Source of the DNA: Candidatus Heimdallarchaeum endolithica
GTDB taxonomy: Archaea > Asgardarchaeota > Heimdallarchaeia > Heimdallarchaeales > Heimdallarchaeaceae
DNA: 64,000 nucleotides
Reading direction: 5' to 3'
NCBI GenBank assembly: GCA_021513715.1
Contig: CP084167.1
Location: forward strand, 2,720,001 to 2,784,000
Under the pieces are notes generated by a model. The model had not been told where the DNA came from. It saw only the letters and a list, made by a program, of their open reading frames with translations, and did no database searches. The translations under genes and the position numbers were made by a program. Positions 60,081-64,000 of this stretch are shown here, one piece after another (positions within the stretch are counted from its first letter, which is position 1; each line of letters opens with the position of its first letter).

Positions 60081-62054
60081 TCAATATTTTCTTTTTCTTT
60101 TTAGTATTGAAATTGGTATAAGGATTACTGTACTAGTAAACATGAATGAATTTGACGTTAATGACTTTGTTGCTGTTTTCATAAGTTCTGATTGGTGATA
60201 ACCTGCTAGTTCCATCCACTTCCAAGCAGTAGCTAGATCGTGGTTGTACTTGATAATGTCATTATAATACCAGTATGCTTGTGCTGGGTAAATAACACTG
60301 TGGGATATGAAGTAATCTCCATCATGAAGAACATTGTTGATCTCTTCTCTGTTGATTGCGTATGCAATAGCTTTTCTTACAGCGAGAGCTTTTGTATATT
60401 CCTTATACCCTGGTTCGGTTAAGAAGACATAGTTGTCATCTCCACCGATGAATGGTCTACTAAGGTTGAAACCTATGAAGTTAAGATAGTTTCTTAGAGC
60501 TGAATGAACTTTGAATCTTGGGTCAGTTTCCATCTTCTTTCTCGTTTTTGGGAATGTAGATATATGCAAGATATCGAGTTTTCCTGCTTCAAATTCTGCT
60601 AATGCGGATGTTTGATCTGGAATAACACGAATATTAATGGTTTTAATTTTTAGGTCTTGTTCTGTTCCATCAATGGCCCCAATACCAAACCAGAATGGTG
60701 AAGCTTTCAAAACAGTAAGGGAATTCTCGACATAATAGTCCAGCATGTACTTACCGCAGCCAAATGCAGAAGTACTGTATGCTGTCCATTGAGAATTGTT
60801 TAAGATGCCATTATGGATACCAACCATTGGTACTCCACCAGAAGAGTAGGTGACAGTTGTATTACTGGTGTTTAAGAAGAATTCTGGTAAAAGTTTTAGT
60901 GTTATATATTTCCAGAAAGAAGCATAGGGGTCAAGCTCTGGTGTTGTAGGATCTCCGTCTATTTCAATCCAGAAAGATAGAGGATCTGAAGGATCAACCC
61001 ATATGTCATGAATCCAATTGTAGTCCTCTGCGTCGTGATTGGTGATTGGATTAGCCCAGGCAAGTAAGGTGAAAACAGCATCCTTAGCTGTCACATGTTG
61101 ATTTGTACCATCACTGAATGCTCCATCATCAGCGTACATGAGCATGGAAGGGTCTACAATAGTACCGTTTTCATCGACAAGAGGACCACTACTACTATCA
61201 CGTCCTGTGATATGAAAAGATGGGTTCCAATAAATATTATCTCTGATTGTGAATTTGTAGAGATTGGGGTTGGTTTCATCTTGTTCCCAATCGACGATTA
61301 AACCAGTTTTTATAGGTTCAAAGCCAGGAGACATCTGCAGCAACGGTTCCATAATTAATGATGAGATGTAGGCGCTTGCTTCATCATCTTGTAACAACGG
61401 GTTCAATTCTGTCCATTTAGCATCAGAATCATAGAATTCTTCTGTTGAATTTTGACCTTCGTGTAAGGAAGTGAATTTCATATAAGGTAAAGAATCAATA
61501 ATACCCCAACGATTGTCATATCCATCTAATGTAGCCCAATTAGCAACATATGAACGAGGACTAAAGAATGGTAACATTGGTAAGATTTTGTCCATGATTA
61601 ATTGTTGCCAATCATAATAGTGTTGTTGTCTTTCTGCAAAGTCATAAATAAGAATCCCTTCATTCAGCATTTCTTCATTCTCTGCTCCATAAGGAATTTT
61701 TGTATTAATTCCAAACATGTTGCGAGAGCCATTTTCACCAAAGACATCTTTTAAATTAAGATCTTCATATCCCGCTAGATCTGTAAAAGCGAGATCACAA
61801 TCATATGTTTCTGTTATTGTTCCAAAGAAGATATGAAATTCTGCAGGTTTTAAGTTTACTTTAATACCAATTTCTTTTAGATATTGGACACAATAGAGCC
61901 AATAGTCTGTACTAAATTCTCCACCTTTTGTTTGATAATCTAATTCAAAAAAATAATCTTGTATTGATGTTTCGTTTTCACCAGAAATAGTAACAGTAAG
62001 AAATAATGTGGTAATCAGAAAAGAAAATAACACTTTTTTATTCATTTCTCCCAC
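60081..62054 (-). CDS. Family-5 solute-binding protein, close paralogue of 55586-57694
   Basis: Long identical peptide and DNA tracts shared with 55586-57694. Likely start is MNKKVLF at 62045. Confidence 0.85.
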   Translation of the reverse strand: MGEMNKKVLFSFLITTLFLTVTISGENETSIQDYFFELDYQTKGGEFSTDYWLYCVQYLKEIGIKVNLKPAEFHIFFGTITETYDCDLAFTDLAGYEDLNLKDVFGENGSRNMFGINTKIPYGAENEEMLNEGILIYDFAERQQHYYDWQQLIMDKILPMLPFFSPRSYVANWATLDGYDNRWGIIDSLPYMKFTSLHEGQNSTEEFYDSDAKWTELNPLLQDDEASAYISSLIMEPLLQMSPGFEPIKTGLIVDWEQDETNPNLYKFTIRDNIYWNPSFHITGRDSSSGPLVDENGTIVDPSMLMYADDGAFSDGTNQHVTAKDAVFTLLAWANPITNHDAEDYNWIHDIWVDPSDPLSFWIEIDGDPTTPELDPYASFWKYITLKLLPEFFLNTSNTTVTYSSGGVPMVGIHNGILNNSQWTAYSTSAFGCGKYMLDYYVENSLTVLKASPFWFGIGAIDGTEQDLKIKTINIRVIPDQTSALAEFEAGKLDILHISTFPKTRKKMETDPRFKVHSALRNYLNFIGFNLSRPFIGGDDNYVFLTEPGYKEYTKALAVRKAIAYAINREEINNVLHDGDYFISHSVIYPAQAYWYYNDIIKYNHDLATAWKWMELAGYHQSELMKTATKSLTSNSFMFTSTVILIPISILKRKRKY

Positions 62055-62388
62055 TTCGCTTGTTTAGGTGGAAATTGAAAGAATATTTCTCTCATTTAAC
62101 CACTGATAGTAACTTAAAATCTTGTTCATACACTTAAAAAATTTCTGCTTTAACTGTTAAATTAAAGTTTATAGACTAACTAAATCTCATTTTTTGTCAC
62201 TCGTAGGTATAACTCAATTTTATTAAGTAAAAGCGAAAAAAGCTTACACAAATTTGGAGGGATATTTCTTAATTTAGAAATTGATTAAAACTTCAATATT
62301 TACGTAAATATATTGGTAGATTTAAATGATAGAACAGCTAAACTTTTCCTTTTTTCCAGAATCTTGTTTTTTTCTACAATTAATGAGG

Positions 62389-62820
62389 TTAGACTTCTTT
62401 TTCCTTCTTTCTTAGAAACTCGACGATAGAATCGCATATTATAACAAAATCTTCTAGATCTTCTTTTAGTAATTCAAAAACAAGTTCGTCATTTATTTTT
62501 CCATATTTATGTACAAGAATATTCCTAAAACTTTTCATTTTTCTAATTTTCTCTACTATTTTTTTCTCTAGTATCTTATTCTTTTCTATATTATCAATAA
62601 CACTTGTTTCTCCATTAGGAATACCTAACTTCAAATCTGCATTTATTATTGCCAAAATGTCTAAAACCAGTTCTATACTATATTCCAAACGCTTGTAAAT
62701 TCCATCCCTTATTAAACCTAAATTCAAAAATCCTTCTAAATCTGTGGGTAAATGGTTTGAAATAATTTCTAGATTTTCTTCAATCTCTTCTAGTTTTGCA
62801 ACAATTATGTCATTTCTCAA
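62389..62820 (-). CDS. HEPN (DUF86, HepT-like) RNase toxin
   Basis: FRNILVHKYG (RX4HXY). Confidence 0.92.
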   Translation of the reverse strand: MRNDIIVAKLEEIEENLEIISNHLPTDLEGFLNLGLIRDGIYKRLEYSIELVLDILAIINADLKLGIPNGETSVIDNIEKNKILEKKIVEKIRKMKSFRNILVHKYGKINDELVFELLKEDLEDFVIICDSIVEFLRKKEKEV

Positions 62821-63196
62821 CTAAAACTCTCCTCACGTAATCCTCTCTATATTTTCTAAATCTTTCATAGTCTTTAATTGTTTTGTAGGCAATTTCATAA
62901 AGTTCTTTTGTTTCGTATAAAACCTTTCCTTCTAAAACCTCTTTTTTTACTGCTAAAGGTAGTGTTTGGTATATTTGGATATCAAACTTTTCTGGTAGTT
63001 CTGCCAAATATTCTACTCGTTTTTCTATTGAAGTTCTTTCATCAATTCCTTCTCTGGTTACTAACGCAATATCAATGTCATTAAATCCATAACTTTGTAA
63101 ATAACTACCAAATAGGATAACTCCTACGACATCTCTATCCTTCTTGGCTTTTTCAACTATTTTTTGTAGATGCTTATTGATAATATTTTTTTCCAT
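62810..63196 (-). CDS. MNT nucleotidyltransferase antitoxin (MntA-like)
   Basis: LFGSY...DIDIA...FDI. Overlaps the HEPN gene. Confidence 0.9.
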   Translation of the reverse strand: MEKNIINKHLQKIVEKAKKDRDVVGVILFGSYLQSYGFNDIDIALVTREGIDERTSIEKRVEYLAELPEKFDIQIYQTLPLAVKKEVLEGKVLYETKELYEIAYKTIKDYERFRKYREDYVRRVLVEK

Positions 63197-63505
63197 TAAT
63201 ACTTAATAAAATAGTTGTTCCTTATATTTTTATTTATTTTTTATAGAAATTCTCTAAGTAGAGAAAAAATAGAACAAATAAAGTTATGTGTCTTTTTCTC
63301 AATTTTTTTTGTAATAATTTCTATTGTAGTCTTGTTTAGAGCGAATTTTTATTTCTAGTTAATACTTTTTTATGAAAAAATTGACTTAAAACAAGTGCCC
63401 TACCTTTTTTTCATGTTTCCTTCGATTTTTTTACTTAACTTTTGTTCTATACTTTTATAAATGACTTTTGGATTATGTTGACTATATAAAAAATAAGGTA
63501 TTTTT

Positions 63506-64000
63506 ATGTTTCGTAAATATTTTTCCAAAAGTATTATTGTGATGTTTTTAGCTCTTTTGCTAAGTTTTTCTTTATTCAACTTACCATCTAAAGCTGATTA
63601 TGAATCTAGGACTCCAAATATACAGGATAATGTAGAATCAAATTCTGGTGTCTCTTATAATACTTTTTCACCTGAATCTGATAAAAACTCATATCACTCT
63701 GCTGAAAACAATTTCGCTGATGTTTCTACAAATATTTTCACAACTTCAATTTTGGAAAGATACAAAGATTCATCTCTTTCTAAAACTCAAATTCTTTCTG
63801 ACAGTATTTTGATGAAGTTGGAACGTACACCTAAAAATCTTTGGAAAAATCAAAAGGTAAATCTTCTTATTAGTTTTGATCCTTCTTTTCAGAATATTAA
63901 GCAAACCTTAAGTTTCTCTTATGATGCTATTGTTTTGAGCAATCTTCATGTTGCTTTTGTTACTACAACTTTAAATAATATTTTTGAATTATCAATTCTT
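63506..64000 (+). CDS. Secreted protein, N-terminal part only
   Basis: MFRKYFSKSIIVMFLALLLSFSLF signal peptide. The frame appears to run off the window end. Confidence 0.6.
   Translation, partial: MFRKYFSKSIIVMFLALLLSFSLFNLPSKADYESRTPNIQDNVESNSGVSYNTFSPESDKNSYHSAENNFADVSTNIFTTSILERYKDSSLSKTQILSDSILMKLERTPKNLWKNQKVNLLISFDPSFQNIKQTLSFSYDAIVLSNLHVAFVTTTLNNIFELSIL

Noticed and set aside
91-63084. Many 60-150 aa ORFs overlapping longer genes on the other strand or frame (e.g. 91-300, 3030-3242, 46549-46992, 51158-51478)
   Set aside because: These are shadow ORFs of well-supported genes and carry no motifs.
1-64000. CRISPR array, tRNA or rRNA genes
   Set aside because: No regularly spaced repeat-spacer array and no GC-rich structural RNA were seen. 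The Cas4-like nuclease has no cas1/cas2 neighbours.

Overview
This is a very AT-rich prokaryotic window. It is probably from an Asgard archaeon (Heimdallarchaeia-like), inferred from a longin-like gene, Thr-rich membrane-anchored surface proteins and archaeal-type MNT-HEPN and PIN modules. The core (~18.4-55.5 kb) is a defence island. Its most notable part is a Dpd-like (7-deazaguanine-in-DNA) system with a non-canonical layout. It has a stand-alone DpdA-like transglycosylase and a translationally coupled five-gene operon resembling dpdJ-dpdK-dpdG-dpdH-dpdI. No dpdB, C, D, E or F is recognisable. A UvrD helicase plus Fe-S PD-(D/E)XK nuclease pair lies upstream, and a type II R-M pair is inserted in the middle. 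The island also holds a WD40-Roc-TIR/SEFIR protein, a mini nucleotidyltransferase + HEPN pair, a PARP-type zinc-finger protein, an orphan restriction nuclease and an RloC-like ATPase-HEPN. Further right are a second divergent TGT-like gene beside a wHTH/PIN pair, and a 2TM-NUDIX gene broken only by in-frame TGA codons. Mobile DNA comprises four copies of one IS5-family element (two intact, one decayed, one fragment fused to a truncated glpD) and a decayed IS481-family element. The flanks carry queC, three circularly permuted family-5 solute-binding proteins, a GH113-like surface protein and MNT-HEPN. I found no rRNA, tRNA or CRISPR array. All family calls come from visual motif recognition, not database searches.
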